From Gammaproteobacteria bacterium (lineage in GTDB: Bacteria; Pseudomonadota; Gammaproteobacteria; UBA5861): a stretch of DNA of 64,000 nucleotides. Position 1 is the first letter of the stretch. The number at the start of each line of letters is the position of its first letter. Location: assembly GCA_022360445.1 (NCBI GenBank), contig JAKSCV010000059.1:11897-75896 (forward strand). Direction: 5' to 3'. The translations under genes and the position numbers were made by a program. The notes below the pieces were generated by a model that was given only the letters and a program-made list of their open reading frames with translations, ran no database searches and was not told the origin of the DNA. Below are positions 40,787 to 51,839 of the stretch, in pieces.

Positions 40787-43516
40787 ATGATTTCTAAATT
40801 AGGGAAAGTGTTATTTGGCAGTCGAAATGAACGTCTTGTCAAGCGTATACAAAAAATAGCCAATCAAGTTGGGGCACTGGAAGTTGAGTACGAAGCCTTG
40901 TCCGATGAAGAGCTAAAGAAAAAAACAGAAAGTTTTCGTCAACGGCTTGATAACCAGGAGACCGAAGAAGACATTTTAATTGAGGCGTTTGCGACAGTCC
41001 GGGAAGCAAGCAAGCGCGTATTAGGGATGCGACATTTCGACGTGCAGCTCATTGGTGGCATGGTCCTTCACCAGGGAAAAATTGCTGAAATGAAAACGGG
41101 GGAAGGTAAAACCCTTGTGGCGACACTAGCTGTTTATCTGAACGCATTAGAAGGCAAAGGCGTACATGTTGTCACCGTGAATGACTATCTTGCCAAGCGC
41201 GATGCTGAGTGGATGGGAAAACTCTATGCTTATCTGGGCTTAACCACGGGGGTAATTGTTCCCGGGCTTAATCAAGAGGAAAGGCGGTCCGCTTATCAAT
41301 CTGACATCACTTATGGCACGAACAATGAGTTTGGCTTCGATTACTTGCGCGACAACATGGTTCTGTCTACAGAAGAAAAAGTTCAGCGAGGATTACATTT
41401 TGCAATCGTGGATGAGGTGGACTCCATTTTAATTGACGAAGCCAGGACGCCGCTGATTATTTCAGGTCCTTCGAATGAAAACAGTGAGCTTTATAAACGT
41501 GTTGATGTTGTTATCCCGAACCTTCAGCAGGCAGTAGAAGATGGAAGTGAAGGTGACTTCACCGTCGATGAGAAAAGTAAACAGGTCTTTTTAACTGAAA
41601 GCGGGCATGATCATGTTGAATCATTGCTCGTTGAACATGGTTTGTTGGCTGAAGGAGAGAGTCTCTACGACACTCAGCACATTAGCCTATTGCACCATGT
41701 TAATGCCGCATTGCGGGCACATGTGCTCTATCATAAAAATGATGAATACATCGTGCGTGATGGCGAAGTCATTATCGTTGATGAATTTACAGGCCGCACA
41801 ATGCCTGGGCGTCGTTGGTCAGATGGGCTTCATCAAGCAGTAGAGGCAAAAGAAGGGGTTCAAATACAGCAGGAAAGTCAAACATTAGCCTCAATCACCT
41901 TTCAGAACTACTTCCGGCTTTATGAAAAACTGGCGGGTATGACAGGGACAGCCGATACAGAAGCCTATGAATTTCAGCAAATCTACGGTCTTGAAGTGGT
42001 TGCCATACCCACGCATAAACAAATGGCTCGAGAAGACCGGGCCGATCTGGTCTTTCTAACCGTCCGTGAAAAGTTCGATGCTGTATGCGAAGACATCGAA
42101 GACTGCCACAAGCGCGGGCAGCCTGTATTAGTAGGCACGACCTCTATTGAAGTTTCTGAATACATTGCAAACTTATTAAAAGATAAAAAAGTGCCGCATG
42201 AAGTGTTGAATGCAAAACAGCACGAACGAGAAGCGAATATTGTTGAAAATGCGGGTTTGCCCGGTGGAGTCACTATCGCAACAAATATGGCGGGGCGGGG
42301 AACGGATATCCAACTTGGCGGTAACCTGGATGCACAGATCAGAGCGCTGGGTGATGATGCAACTGAGGCTAAAATCGACGAAGTTCGGGCCATCTGGAAA
42401 GAGCGCCATGAGCAAGTCCTGGCAGCGGGGGGGTTACACATCGTCGGCACAGAACGACATGAATCAAGGCGGATCGACAACCAGCTCCGGGGCCGCTCCG
42501 GACGTCAGGGCGATCCAGGTTCGTCAAGATTTTACTTATCGCTAGAAGACAACTTGATGCGAATTTTTGCATCGGAGCGTGTATCAAGTCTGATGCAAAA
42601 ACTAGGCATGGAAGAGGGCGAAGCCATAGAGCACCCGTGGGTTACAAAAGCTATTGAAAATGCACAGCGTAAAGTGGAGGCCCACAATTTTGACATGCGC
42701 AAACACTTGTTGGAATACGATGACATCGCAAATGACCAGCGTAAGATTATTTACGAGCAGCGGGATGAAGTCATCGCCAGCGAGGACATTTCTGAAACAA
42801 TTACTGAAATGCGTAAAAGTGTTGTAAAAGACGTCATGAGCACACACATTCCGCCCGACTCCATGGATGAAATGTGGGATATTCCTGCTGCACAGGAAGC
42901 CATCGAAAAAGAATTTGGTGAAGCCTGTGATCTTCAAGCCTGGCTGGATGCCGATGACGACCTCGATGAGTCTGGGTTGTACGAGCGTGTTACAAAACAG
43001 CTGGCTGATAGCTATCAAGCCAAAGAGGCTCTGGCAGGCAGTGAGGCACTGCGGCACTTTGAAAAGATGATTGTGTTGAAAGTGCTGGATGAACAGTGGA
43101 AAGAGCACTTGGCAGCGATGGACTATCTCAGGCAGAGTATCGGTCTGAGAGGCTACGCTCAGAAAAATCCTAAACAAGAATACAAAAGAGAATCTTTTGA
43201 TTTGTTCCGGAACATGTTGGATGACTTTCGATTGGAAGTCATCCGATTTCTCTCCAAAGTACAAGTTCAGAGCCAGGAGGCAGTAGAGGCGTTGGAAAAA
43301 GAGCAGAAACCACCTGCTCAAGCCATGGACTTTCAGCACGAAGCTGCTCCTTCTGCCTTTGAAGATACGCCACTTGCCTCCCCACAAAATCAAGCGCAAC
43401 ATAGCGAGGAGAGTGAGCAACCCTTTGTTCGCGAGACGCCTAAAGTGGGGCGTAATGAACCGTGCCCCTGTGGTTCTGGCAAAAAATATAAACAATGCCA
43501 TGGCCGTTTGCAGTAA
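40787..43516 (+). CDS. secA: Preprotein translocase ATPase SecA
   Basis: 909 aa; Walker A MKTGEGKT; C-terminal zinc finger [14 protein letters not shown]. Confidence 0.95.
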   Translation: MISKLGKVLFGSRNERLVKRIQKIANQVGALEVEYEALSDEELKKKTESFRQRLDNQETEEDILIEAFATVREASKRVLGMRHFDVQLIGGMVLHQGKIAEMKTGEGKTLVATLAVYLNALEGKGVHVVTVNDYLAKRDAEWMGKLYAYLGLTTGVIVPGLNQEERRSAYQSDITYGTNNEFGFDYLRDNMVLSTEEKVQRGLHFAIVDEVDSILIDEARTPLIISGPSNENSELYKRVDVVIPNLQQAVEDGSEGDFTVDEKSKQVFLTESGHDHVESLLVEHGLLAEGESLYDTQHISLLHHVNAALRAHVLYHKNDEYIVRDGEVIIVDEFTGRTMPGRRWSDGLHQAVEAKEGVQIQQESQTLASITFQNYFRLYEKLAGMTGTADTEAYEFQQIYGLEVVAIPTHKQMAREDRADLVFLTVREKFDAVCEDIEDCHKRGQPVLVGTTSIEVSEYIANLLKDKKVPHEVLNAKQHEREANIVENAGLPGGVTIATNMAGRGTDIQLGGNLDAQIRALGDDATEAKIDEVRAIWKERHEQVLAAGGLHIVGTERHESRRIDNQLRGRSGRQGDPGSSRFYLSLEDNLMRIFASERVSSLMQKLGMEEGEAIEHPWVTKAIENAQRKVEAHNFDMRKHLLEYDDIANDQRKIIYEQRDEVIASEDISETITEMRKSVVKDVMSTHIPPDSMDEMWDIPAAQEAIEKEFGEACDLQAWLDADDDLDESGLYERVTKQLADSYQAKEALAGSEALRHFEKMIVLKVLDEQWKEHLAAMDYLRQSIGLRGYAQKNPKQEYKRESFDLFRNMLDDFRLEVIRFLSKVQVQSQEAVEALEKEQKPPAQAMDFQHEAAPSAFEDTPLASPQNQAQHSEESEQPFVRETPKVGRNEPCPCGSGKKYKQCHGRLQ

Positions 43517-44766
43517 ATTCAATCTTTTTCAAAGAGAGACGCTTTGTTGTGCCTGTAGGATTAAGACATCTCGAAAAACTTTCACCTATTAAAGGCATTC
43601 AGCTCGCCAGTGACGCTGCGGGTCTGAAGAAATCGGGTGCTGATGATCTGGTACTGATGACCGTGAATGAAGGAGCCGAGGTTGCGGCAGCCTTTACGCA
43701 AAATGCATTCTGTGCAGCACCAGTCATCGTGGCAAAAGACCACCTGGCTAAACGTACGCCACGTGCACTGTTGATTAATGCCGGTAATGCCAACGCAGGG
43801 ACGGGGACTCGAGGTGAATACAGCGCCCGCCAGTCCTGTCAAGCTGTTGCACGCATGCTTAATCTGGACGAAACGGAGGTACTGCCTTTTTCGACAGGTG
43901 TGATTGGTGAGCATCTGCCGGTTGAAAAAATCTGTCGAAAAATTCCTGATATCGTCAATCAACTGGATGCGGATAGCTGGATAGAAGCGGCTAAAGGCAT
44001 CATGACGACAGATACACTGCCCAAAGGTTGTAGTCGGCAACTCACCATTGACAATAAGACCATTACAATTACAGGTATCATTAAAGGCGCAGGTATGATC
44101 TGCCCTAATATGGCCACCATGCTGGCTTTTATTGGCACTGATGCCTGTGTTGACGGTGCTGCGTTACAAGATCTGTTAAAGCAAGTGCTGACACATTCGC
44201 TTAATAGTTTGACGATTGATGGGGACACCTCCACCAATGATGCATGTGTCGTAATAGCTTCGGGCCAGGCGGCCAACCAGCCGTTGAACCCTTCTCACCC
44301 TGACTGGCCACATTTTGTAAGCGCAATGCAGTCCCTTTTCATAGAGTTAGGTCAAGCCGTTATCCGCGACGCCGAAGGGGCGACTAAATTTGTGACCCTT
44401 CGGGTCGAAGGCGGCTCGACTGAGACCGAGTGTCGGCAGGTTGCTTACACGGTTGCACATTCACCATTAGTCAAAACAGCCTTATTTGCCAGTGATGCAA
44501 ACTGGGGCCGATTGTTGGCCGCAATTGGGCGTTCAGGGTTAGAGCATCTGGATATTAACCTCATTGATTTGTACTTGGGTGAAATTAATTTAATCAAAGG
44601 TGGGCAACCGGTTGACGGTTACCAGGACTCCGATGGTCAAGCGGAAATGGCAAAAAATGAGATTACCGTACGGATTGTGCTGGGCAGGGGGACGTATGCC
44701 GCCACTGTGTGGACGAGCGATTTGTCTCATGAGTACGTTACGATCAATGCGGAATACAGAACGTAA
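43495..44766 (+). CDS. argJ: Bifunctional glutamate N-acetyltransferase / amino-acid acetyltransferase ArgJ
   Basis: Autoprocessing site [11 protein letters not shown]; [15 protein letters not shown]. The real start is probably the GTG about 54 nt downstream (VPVGL). Confidence 0.85.
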   Translation: MPWPFAVNSIFFKERRFVVPVGLRHLEKLSPIKGIQLASDAAGLKKSGADDLVLMTVNEGAEVAAAFTQNAFCAAPVIVAKDHLAKRTPRALLINAGNANAGTGTRGEYSARQSCQAVARMLNLDETEVLPFSTGVIGEHLPVEKICRKIPDIVNQLDADSWIEAAKGIMTTDTLPKGCSRQLTIDNKTITITGIIKGAGMICPNMATMLAFIGTDACVDGAALQDLLKQVLTHSLNSLTIDGDTSTNDACVVIASGQAANQPLNPSHPDWPHFVSAMQSLFIELGQAVIRDAEGATKFVTLRVEGGSTETECRQVAYTVAHSPLVKTALFASDANWGRLLAAIGRSGLEHLDINLIDLYLGEINLIKGGQPVDGYQDSDGQAEMAKNEITVRIVLGRGTYAATVWTSDLSHEYVTINAEYRT

Positions 44767-44777
44767 GGGAAGCTCGC

Positions 44778-45740
44778 TTGTCCATTCTCCGAGTAGCGGC
44801 TGCGGCGATTGTGAATCTCCAAAACCAAGTCTTCATCAGTCGCCGCCAAGCCTCACAGCACTTAGCGGGTAAATGGGAGTTCCCAGGTGGAAAAATTGAG
44901 CCTGGAGAAACTTCTGAGGAAGCATTGGCACGCGAGCTTCGGGAAGAACTCGGTATTCACATCTCTTCGTGTCGGCCTCTGATCTCTGTGACACATACCC
45001 GAGAGAGCCTGACTCTTTGTATTGATTTCTGGAGAGTCGATACATTTAAAGGAATACCCTTTGGTCGGGAAGGGCAAGTCACGGCTTGGGTGAGCATTGA
45101 TGAGCTATCAAACTATGCTTTCCCGGAGGCTAATTTGCCTGTTTTACGCGCCCTGCACTTACCCGATCGGCTATTAATCACGCCAGAAGTCAGTTTACAA
45201 GACACCGAAACTTTTTTGAAAACACTGGAAAGAAGCATTGCCCGATACTCACTTTCAATGATACAGCTACGCGCGCCTTCTTTACCTGAGGCTGATTATT
45301 GTGCTTTGGCGGAGGATGTGTTGGCGCTATGCCAGCAACACGATGTTCGCCTTTTGGTGAATGCCCACCCTCGTGTGTTAGACCAAGTGCCTGCTCATGG
45401 CTGCCATCTTAACTCCTATCGCTTAAAGAGCTTTTCCCAGCGTCCTTTCAGTGAGGACCTTCTGTTATCGGCTGCTTGTCATAACCAGGCAGAGTTGACT
45501 CAAGCCGGGCTCATCAATGCGGATTTCGTATTGATTTCGCCGGTCACGCGAACGGCCTCTCACCCTACAGTAAACAATAGTTTGAGCTGGAATGGGTTTT
45601 CTGACATGGCTAAGCGAGCCAACAGACCTGCTTATGCACTAGGTGGAATGGGACTTGAAGATCTGCCAGCCGTCTGGGCATCAGGGGGACAGGGGATCGC
45701 GGCGATACGTGGACTTTGGAAAGAGGAAAAGCGTGACTAG
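44778..45740 (+). CDS. mutT: Fusion of a Nudix hydrolase (MutT-like 8-oxo-dGTP diphosphatase) with a ThiE/TenI-like thiamine-phosphate synthase domain
   Basis: Nudix box GKWEFPGGKIEPGETSEEALARELREELGI in the N-terminal ~130 aa. The C-terminal ~190 aa is a TIM-barrel ThiE-like region (LLVNAHPRVLD..., ISPVTRTASHP, ALGGM). The same fusion occurs at this position in Pseudomonas. Confidence 0.75.
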   Translation: MSILRVAAAAIVNLQNQVFISRRQASQHLAGKWEFPGGKIEPGETSEEALARELREELGIHISSCRPLISVTHTRESLTLCIDFWRVDTFKGIPFGREGQVTAWVSIDELSNYAFPEANLPVLRALHLPDRLLITPEVSLQDTETFLKTLERSIARYSLSMIQLRAPSLPEADYCALAEDVLALCQQHDVRLLVNAHPRVLDQVPAHGCHLNSYRLKSFSQRPFSEDLLLSAACHNQAELTQAGLINADFVLISPVTRTASHPTVNNSLSWNGFSDMAKRANRPAYALGGMGLEDLPAVWASGGQGIAAIRGLWKEEKRD

Positions 45741-45758
45741 TCGGTACCGGCTTGTCGG

Positions 45759-46562
45759 CTAGACGCCACAAAAAGTGATCGTAAAGTGGACATCCTTTTT
45801 ACTGCGCTGGCTTGCGGTCGCCTCCATATCCCAAGCGTAAAATTGAATACTCATTCCGTGCTTACCAGCGCTCAATTTAGGGAAAACACCGATGTCATCG
45901 TCGCATTGGACTTGAATGATCTGGCACTCTCGCATTTGGTCATTCGTAAAAGTCTGATGGAAATAGCCTTTGGACGCCTCCAAACTCAGTTTTTCTTGGT
46001 TACTGCGAATATTCGCGAGGCTGGTCGTGACAGAAGCTTCCAATAACTTGAATGGCATTAACCAATTCAGCAAGTTTGACCGGCGTTTCTCGGGCGGTAA
46101 ATCGAGCCAGAGCTGGTAGATAGGGAGACCCACAATATTGGAGTCATTACTGCTAAAACAGCGTTGTTGTACATTTTGTAAAAAATCATTACTTTTTAAG
46201 TGATTGCCCAGTCGTCCGTCGTGGTCAATCAGTTTTTCGATGAGTGTAGAGAGTTCCTCTGTCGTCGCTTGAATTAAGTGCTGATAAGGACGCGCATGTT
46301 TGCGCAACATGCAGTCTTTTTGCCGGTTTAACTCAATAATGAGTTCCCCTTTCAGGTCACTTCGCGAACAGGCATCGACCAGACGTAAAAGTACACTGAT
46401 GGCCGCATGTGTATCCCATATCGAGTCTTTTTCCAAATGAAACGCAAGCCGCTTAAAAAATTGCTCCAAGCGTAAAAGTAGCCTCACACGTTCCGAGAGT
46501 GGATGTTCGAATACCGTCGACGTGTTTATTTTTCCATTGACATCAATATCTTGAGTGGACAT
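45759..46562 (-). CDS. zapD: Cell division protein ZapD
   Basis: VFEHPLSERVRLLLRLE... matches the E. coli ZapD N-terminus. Its neighbour is mutT, as in E. coli. Confidence 0.8.
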   Translation of the reverse strand: MSTQDIDVNGKINTSTVFEHPLSERVRLLLRLEQFFKRLAFHLEKDSIWDTHAAISVLLRLVDACSRSDLKGELIIELNRQKDCMLRKHARPYQHLIQATTEELSTLIEKLIDHDGRLGNHLKSNDFLQNVQQRCFSSNDSNIVGLPIYQLWLDLPPEKRRSNLLNWLMPFKLLEASVTTSLANIRSNQEKLSLEASKGYFHQTFTNDQMRECQIIQVQCDDDIGVFPKLSAGKHGMSIQFYAWDMEATASQRSKKDVHFTITFCGV

Positions 46563-46658
46563 ACATACTCTTGTAAAGTGACTTTGTCATCTTATCGTCG
46601 TAATATCTTCACTTTAATTGGCAATCCTAACTAATAATCCATTGAAAAGGAAAGAAAA

Positions 46659-47477
46659 ATGTTAGAAAACTTCGACATGAATGCTGCTCTTCATGCCTAT
46701 GTGATTCCCTGGGGTATTAATATCATTTTTGCTTTGGTGATTTTTATCATCGGGCGGATGGTTGCTCGGATTATCACCAACGTTATTTCTAAGTTATTTG
46801 GTAAGGCTGGATGGGATCAAATTCTGATTAATTTTGTGTCATCCATTATTTACACCTTGTTGTTATTAGTGGTTGTCATTGCGTCGTTGAATCAACTAGG
46901 TGTTGATACGACATCGTTGATCGCTTTGATTGGTGCCGCCGGCTTAGCTGTTGGTTTGGCATTACAGGGCACTTTGCAGAACTTTGCAGCCGGTGTGATG
47001 TTGATTATTTTCAGGCCCTTTAAAGAAGGAGACTTTGTTGAAGCCGGTGGTAGCGCAGGGGTTATAGAAAGCATAACCATTTTCACGACGATGATGAGAA
47101 CAGTCGATAACAAACAAATTATCGTTCCTAATGGTGAAATTTATGGCGGTACGATCACCAACTATTCAACCAAGCCTACACGACGTGTTGATATGGTTTT
47201 TGGCATTGGTTACGACGATGATATTAAAAAAGCGAAAGAAATTTTAGAAAAAATCATTGCCGAAGACCAACGTATTTTAAGCGACCCTGCGCCTTTAGTC
47301 GCTGTGGGTGAGCTGGCAGATAGCAGTGTGAATTTTAATGTCAGACCCTGGGTGAACAGTGCGGATTACTGGCCTGTTTATTTTGATTTGAACGAAAAAG
47401 TTAAATTAACTTTTGATGCAGAAGGCATTTCTATCCCTTACCCGCAAATGGACTTGCATATGCCAAAGTCAGCCTAG
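46659..47477 (+). CDS. mscS: Small-conductance mechanosensitive channel, MscS family
   Basis: 3 TM followed by the beta domain IIVPNGEIYGGTITNYS; 272 aa. Confidence 0.8.
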   Translation: MLENFDMNAALHAYVIPWGINIIFALVIFIIGRMVARIITNVISKLFGKAGWDQILINFVSSIIYTLLLLVVVIASLNQLGVDTTSLIALIGAAGLAVGLALQGTLQNFAAGVMLIIFRPFKEGDFVEAGGSAGVIESITIFTTMMRTVDNKQIIVPNGEIYGGTITNYSTKPTRRVDMVFGIGYDDDIKKAKEILEKIIAEDQRILSDPAPLVAVGELADSSVNFNVRPWVNSADYWPVYFDLNEKVKLTFDAEGISIPYPQMDLHMPKSA

Positions 47478-47765
47478 GATCTGTTCACACTCATTAATTG
47501 ACACCTGCCGCCGCACGCCACTTTTTTGCCCTTTAGGCGCAAGCGGTAGAGGTTTCGTTATTCTAAATGCATGAGCTTAACGACAAGAGCGAGAAAACAG
47601 CATGTGGCCCGAAGGGTTGATCGCTAAAATTGTCGATTCGTCGTTGCTCATTAAACCTGCTAAACCACGCTTCTCGCCTCTAGTTTAGACGCGAGAAGTG
47701 GTCAATAGGAGCGAATTGATCAGTCTCAACAGGGCCTTCTCTAGTTGGCCCTGTTCGTTTGACTA

Positions 47766-48778
47766 TTACTTTTCTAATGCACACAATTCGGCGACAATTT
47801 GGTCGATCACCGTTTGGTCAATTTGCATTTTCTTAACCAAATCGGGTTGTGTTTTTAGCAAATCGTTCCGAACGTTCTTTGATTTCGTTTTGTTTAGGTG
47901 TCACGATTTCAATATCTTTTTTTGTCAAGACACTCAGTGCTTCCTGGTCAACGATTTTAGCGGCTTCCCGCATCGCATCGGCATTTTCACCCCACGTATC
48001 TACCCGCATTTCTGCAAGTTCGGGGTGAACATTTTTTCAAAATGTTTGACTCACCATTGGAATATAAACCGCAGTAAACTCATTATCCTACAAAGAGTAT
48101 CGGCTCCCGGTATCCCACAGCTTTTTGCTCACAATACTTTCATTGGCACTGATAAACGCCATCCAATGAACCTTGTAATAAGGCCAGTGGCAAACCGGTA
48201 AACGCTATTTTTTCAGGGGACGCACCAAATGCGATGATTCGAGCCACACTAGGTGTGTTACCTGGCACACGAACTTTCATGTCTTTTAGGTCGGCCTGGC
48301 TGCTTAAGGACTTTTCACCCGAATGAATTTGCGCTGGCCTGAATGTAAACCACCGGACAAAGTTTTACCCCGCCCTTTCTTTTTGAACTGTTCATTGTGA
48401 GTCGCCAAGCAGCTTTTCAGACTTCTCGGGGTAGCTCAAAAAAGGCCGGGGGCATGGAGGTTGCCGCTTCCAGGTCCAAACTCTGCCGACCAACCAATAA
48501 CCTGGCAAGCCCATCTCGATACCGCCCTGGCGTAAGGTTTTGAGAACCTCTTTGTCACGGAAGAGTTGCCTATTGCCATACACCCTGACGGTAATTTGAC
48601 CGTTCGATCGTTTCTAGACTTGTTTGATAAATGTCTGCAGTGTCATCGTGCGCACATGGCCGGGGGAATTGTTCGAAATTCTCATCTTGAATGCTTTGGC
48701 ATAACTTGAAGGCACAGCAATGAATGAAAATAACAGCAAAGTGAGTATCGCGTGATCCAGTTAAGCATCCTGGTGTTC
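47766..48778 (-). pseudogene. Degenerate TRAP solute-binding protein gene (dctP paralog) with frameshifts and in-frame stops
   Basis: Minus-strand fragments AILTLLLFSFIAVPSSYAKAFKMRISNNSPGHVRTMTLQTFIKQV*, NRQLFRDKEVLKTLRQGGIEMGLPGYW and a C-terminus ...VIDQIVAELCALEK* align with the intact DctP at 50662..51678, but in at least three frames. Confidence 0.7.
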
Positions 48779-48823
48779 CCCGGTTTCGTCATTGTTTATT
48801 TCATGAGGGTTGATACAGTACCT

Positions 48824-50104
48824 TCATTCAAAGACAAGATTGGGTAACCACATGGAAATTGCTGGAATATAGGTGATGAGCAAAACGAGTATCACCATAA
48901 TGAAAATGAAGGGGGTAATGCCTTTAATGACATGACCAACACCGGTTTTGGAAATACTGGAGAGCACATACAGATTGATGCCGATGGGTGGGGTGATCAG
49001 CGCCAGCTCCATATTCACTGTAAAAATGATACCGAAATGAATAGGATCAATGCCCAGAGGCTCCAGCAGGGGCAGCAGCAGAGGTAATGTGATTAATAAG
49101 ACCGAAGCGACCTCCAAGAACATGCCAAGAATGAGTAAAACCAGGTTGATCATGATCAGGAATTGCCAGCTTTTCAGCTCTTTTTCGACGACAAACTCAA
49201 TCAGCGCATCGGGCATTCCCGAGTTGGTGACCCAGTGACCAAAAGCCAGTGCCGTTGCGATAATGATCATGATCGTGCTGGCGCTTTTCATGCCCTCGGC
49301 GGCAATCGAAACAGCATCGCGTAAACGACACTCCCGGTAGATGAAGATGCTGACAACAATCGCGATAAGTGCTGACAGTGCCGCGGCTTCGGAAATAGTC
49401 ACCAAGCCTGAGTAAATGCCCCCCAAGATAACGACAGGCAGGGACAATGCAGGCAGGGCATACAGGTTAATGCGTAAAAAGTCCGATAGTGAAATGGGAT
49501 CCCGCTTGGGTAAATTCTGCTTGCGTGCGACATACACCACGTAAAGGGCAAATAACCCCGCTTGCAACAGGCCGGGAATTACGCCGGCCAGAAAGAGCCG
49601 GGGAACGGACTCTTCCGCCATAAGTGCATAAATAAGTAAGGCCAGGCTTGGAGGAATCAGGATACCGAGCGTGCCCGACGCACCGACGACCCCGAGCGAA
49701 AAAGATAAAGGGTAATTACGCGCTATCATAGCGGGAATCAGGATGGTACCCATCGTCATCGCTGTGGCCACGCTGGAGCCGGAGATCGCCGCAAATACAG
49801 TGCACGCGGCAACAGCGACCATCCCCAGGCCGCCCGGGAGCACACCCACCCAGGCATTGGCCATATCCACCAACGCTTTGGCAATGCCGCCACGTTGCAT
49901 AAAGCTGGCGGCAATCACAAAAAAAGGAATTGCCATCAAAATAGGCGAATTGAGATTGTCCAGCATGAGCGAGGCAATACCGATAATCGGTGTACCTTCG
50001 ACGAGATACAAAACCAGAGTAGTGATGCCAAGCACCAGATAAATCGGTGTACCAATTGCCAGCAAAAAGAAAAACAGGATAAGCAGAAGTACTGAGCTGA
50101 TCAT
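48824..50104 (-). CDS. dctM: TRAP transporter large permease
   Basis: 426 aa, about 12 TM. It overlaps the dctQ stop. Confidence 0.85.
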   Translation of the reverse strand: MISSVLLLILFFFLLAIGTPIYLVLGITTLVLYLVEGTPIIGIASLMLDNLNSPILMAIPFFVIAASFMQRGGIAKALVDMANAWVGVLPGGLGMVAVAACTVFAAISGSSVATAMTMGTILIPAMIARNYPLSFSLGVVGASGTLGILIPPSLALLIYALMAEESVPRLFLAGVIPGLLQAGLFALYVVYVARKQNLPKRDPISLSDFLRINLYALPALSLPVVILGGIYSGLVTISEAAALSALIAIVVSIFIYRECRLRDAVSIAAEGMKSASTIMIIIATALAFGHWVTNSGMPDALIEFVVEKELKSWQFLIMINLVLLILGMFLEVASVLLITLPLLLPLLEPLGIDPIHFGIIFTVNMELALITPPIGINLYVLSSISKTGVGHVIKGITPFIFIMVILVLLITYIPAISMWLPNLVFE

Positions 50105-50652
50105 GGCTGGCTTTCCCGTTCCGGATTGTCAGCCTTAGGCAATGGGAGTGTTTCGTGCGTGACGATAAGTGCCGGTTTGAAAAAGAAAATCAGTGAAATT
50201 AGACGAATGGTATACCGCAGACTAAGCAGCAAACAACCGACTGGCAGGCAGGTATAATAGATCCACAATGGCAGCCTCAACATGCTGACACTGCGCTCGT
50301 CCAGCTCCCAGGCTTCCAAAGCGGCCAGCGCGCCGTAATAAAGCAGCATCACTGAAAAAAATAGTCCGGCTAACGCGCTGACACTCTCGGCAAAACGCTT
50401 ACCCTGTTGTGGAAAGTGAATCAGCAGAATATCTACGCGGACGTGGCGCTGTTCGGCAGCCAGTGTACTGGCACAGACAAAGAGCGCCCAAACCAGTGTG
50501 TACACAATAATTTCTTCAGGTCCGTCACTGGTCCAGGCAGGGATCGCTAACCGCACGAACATTTCAAAGATGGCGGTTCCCAGTGCAAACAGAGCCAGTA
50601 GCCCTGTGAGCCAAGCTTCCAGGCGGTTCCAGCTTTTGCTGATCATAAGCAA
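50101..50652 (-). CDS. dctQ: TRAP transporter small permease
   Basis: 183 aa, 4 TM, located between dctP and dctM. Confidence 0.8.
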   Translation of the reverse strand: MLMISKSWNRLEAWLTGLLALFALGTAIFEMFVRLAIPAWTSDGPEEIIVYTLVWALFVCASTLAAEQRHVRVDILLIHFPQQGKRFAESVSALAGLFFSVMLLYYGALAALEAWELDERSVSMLRLPLWIYYTCLPVGCLLLSLRYTIRLISLIFFFKPALIVTHETLPLPKADNPERESQP

Positions 50653-50661
50653 AAGCTGGAC

Positions 50662-51678
50662 TTATTTGAAAGCCCGGATTTTCTGCGTAACGTTCTCGAT
50701 AATGGCCGGGTCGATTTTCATTTTTTCGACCAGCTCGGGCTGTATGTTCATTAATTCTTCACGCATGTGCCGTGAGGCCTCAGCAGAAGGAACCACAATC
50801 GACAACCCTTTGTTCTTTAATACCGTCAGTGCTTCGTCCTGGGCGGCACGGGTGGCTGAGCGCATACCGTCAATACTCTCTGCCCAGGTGTCCACTATGA
50901 GCTTTTGCAAATCCGGGGATAACTTCTTCCAGAACGATTGACTGACGACAGGAATATAGGCCCCTGTGAATTGGCTGTCCTGAATACTGTACTTTAAGCC
51001 AGACTCCCACAGCTTGGAGCTGACAATGCTTTCATTAGTACTGATAAAGCCATCAATCGTTCCCTGAGAGAGCGCCAGGGGTAAGTCCGAAAAGGCGACT
51101 TTAACCGGTATCGCCCCCAGTGTTTTTAAACGCAGGACATTAGGTGTTCCGCCGGGAGCACGTACTTTCATGCTTTTTAAATCAGCATGGTCCTTCAGTG
51201 ATTTATCAACGGAATACGTGTGCGCCAGCCCCAATGTCAACCATTTGCCAAGCACTTTGACTTTGGACTTTTGTTCAATGCGTTGGTTGACGCTTTTACT
51301 GTAGTCGCCATCCAAAACACCTTCTGCTTGGTCGATGGTTAACCCGTAAAAAACAGGCAGCATCGGGATAGCGGCTTCCGGCACCAAACCGCCCATATGC
51401 CAGAAACCTGGGGCACCCATCTCAATTCCCCCTTGCCGCAGTGCTTTTAAAACATCGCGGTCGCGGAACAACTGTGCGCTACTGAATATTTTGATATCTA
51501 ACCGGTCCCCTGCGCGTGCTGTCAGTTTCTCAACAAATTGCTCAATGGACTTATTACGGATATGGGCTGGGGCTGTATCCAGGGAGATACGCATTTTGAG
51601 TGTTTTTGCTTGTGCTGTGCCGGTTATCAATGCCACAGCGGTCAATAGAATCGCCAGAGAAGCCGTCTGCTTTTTCAT
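50662..51678 (-). CDS. dctP: TRAP transporter substrate-binding protein
   Basis: Signal peptide. Conserved FRDRDVLKALRQGGIEMGAPGFW and PNVLRLKTLGAIPV segments. Confidence 0.85.
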   Translation of the reverse strand: MKKQTASLAILLTAVALITGTAQAKTLKMRISLDTAPAHIRNKSIEQFVEKLTARAGDRLDIKIFSSAQLFRDRDVLKALRQGGIEMGAPGFWHMGGLVPEAAIPMLPVFYGLTIDQAEGVLDGDYSKSVNQRIEQKSKVKVLGKWLTLGLAHTYSVDKSLKDHADLKSMKVRAPGGTPNVLRLKTLGAIPVKVAFSDLPLALSQGTIDGFISTNESIVSSKLWESGLKYSIQDSQFTGAYIPVVSQSFWKKLSPDLQKLIVDTWAESIDGMRSATRAAQDEALTVLKNKGLSIVVPSAEASRHMREELMNIQPELVEKMKIDPAIIENVTQKIRAFK

Positions 51679-51839
51679 TTGTTCTCATCCCCTTTGTTAA
51701 TAATGTTTTTAATTTTTATATATTTTATTTTAATGCTATGTATAGAATTACCACGCTGTCAATTGTTTTTAACATGAATGGTTCAACCAAAGATAGTGCT
51801 TTTATCACCATCAATAAATAGAAAATATAGGGGGAGGAA

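Noticed and set aside
42602-43522. 306-aa minus-strand ORF
   Set aside because: It is antisense within secA, which is unambiguous over 909 aa, and has a low-complexity composition. The same reasoning removes the antisense ORFs inside tex (53956..54489, 54213..54833), ftsZ (37517..38068), the beta-propeller lipoprotein gene (2959..3297 etc.) and the hybrid kinase.
47698-48201. 167-aa plus-strand ORF
   Set aside because: The opposite strand carries recognisable, though frameshifted, DctP sequence. The plus-strand ORF is low-complexity (FSKSFRTFFDFVLF) and antisense to the pseudogene.
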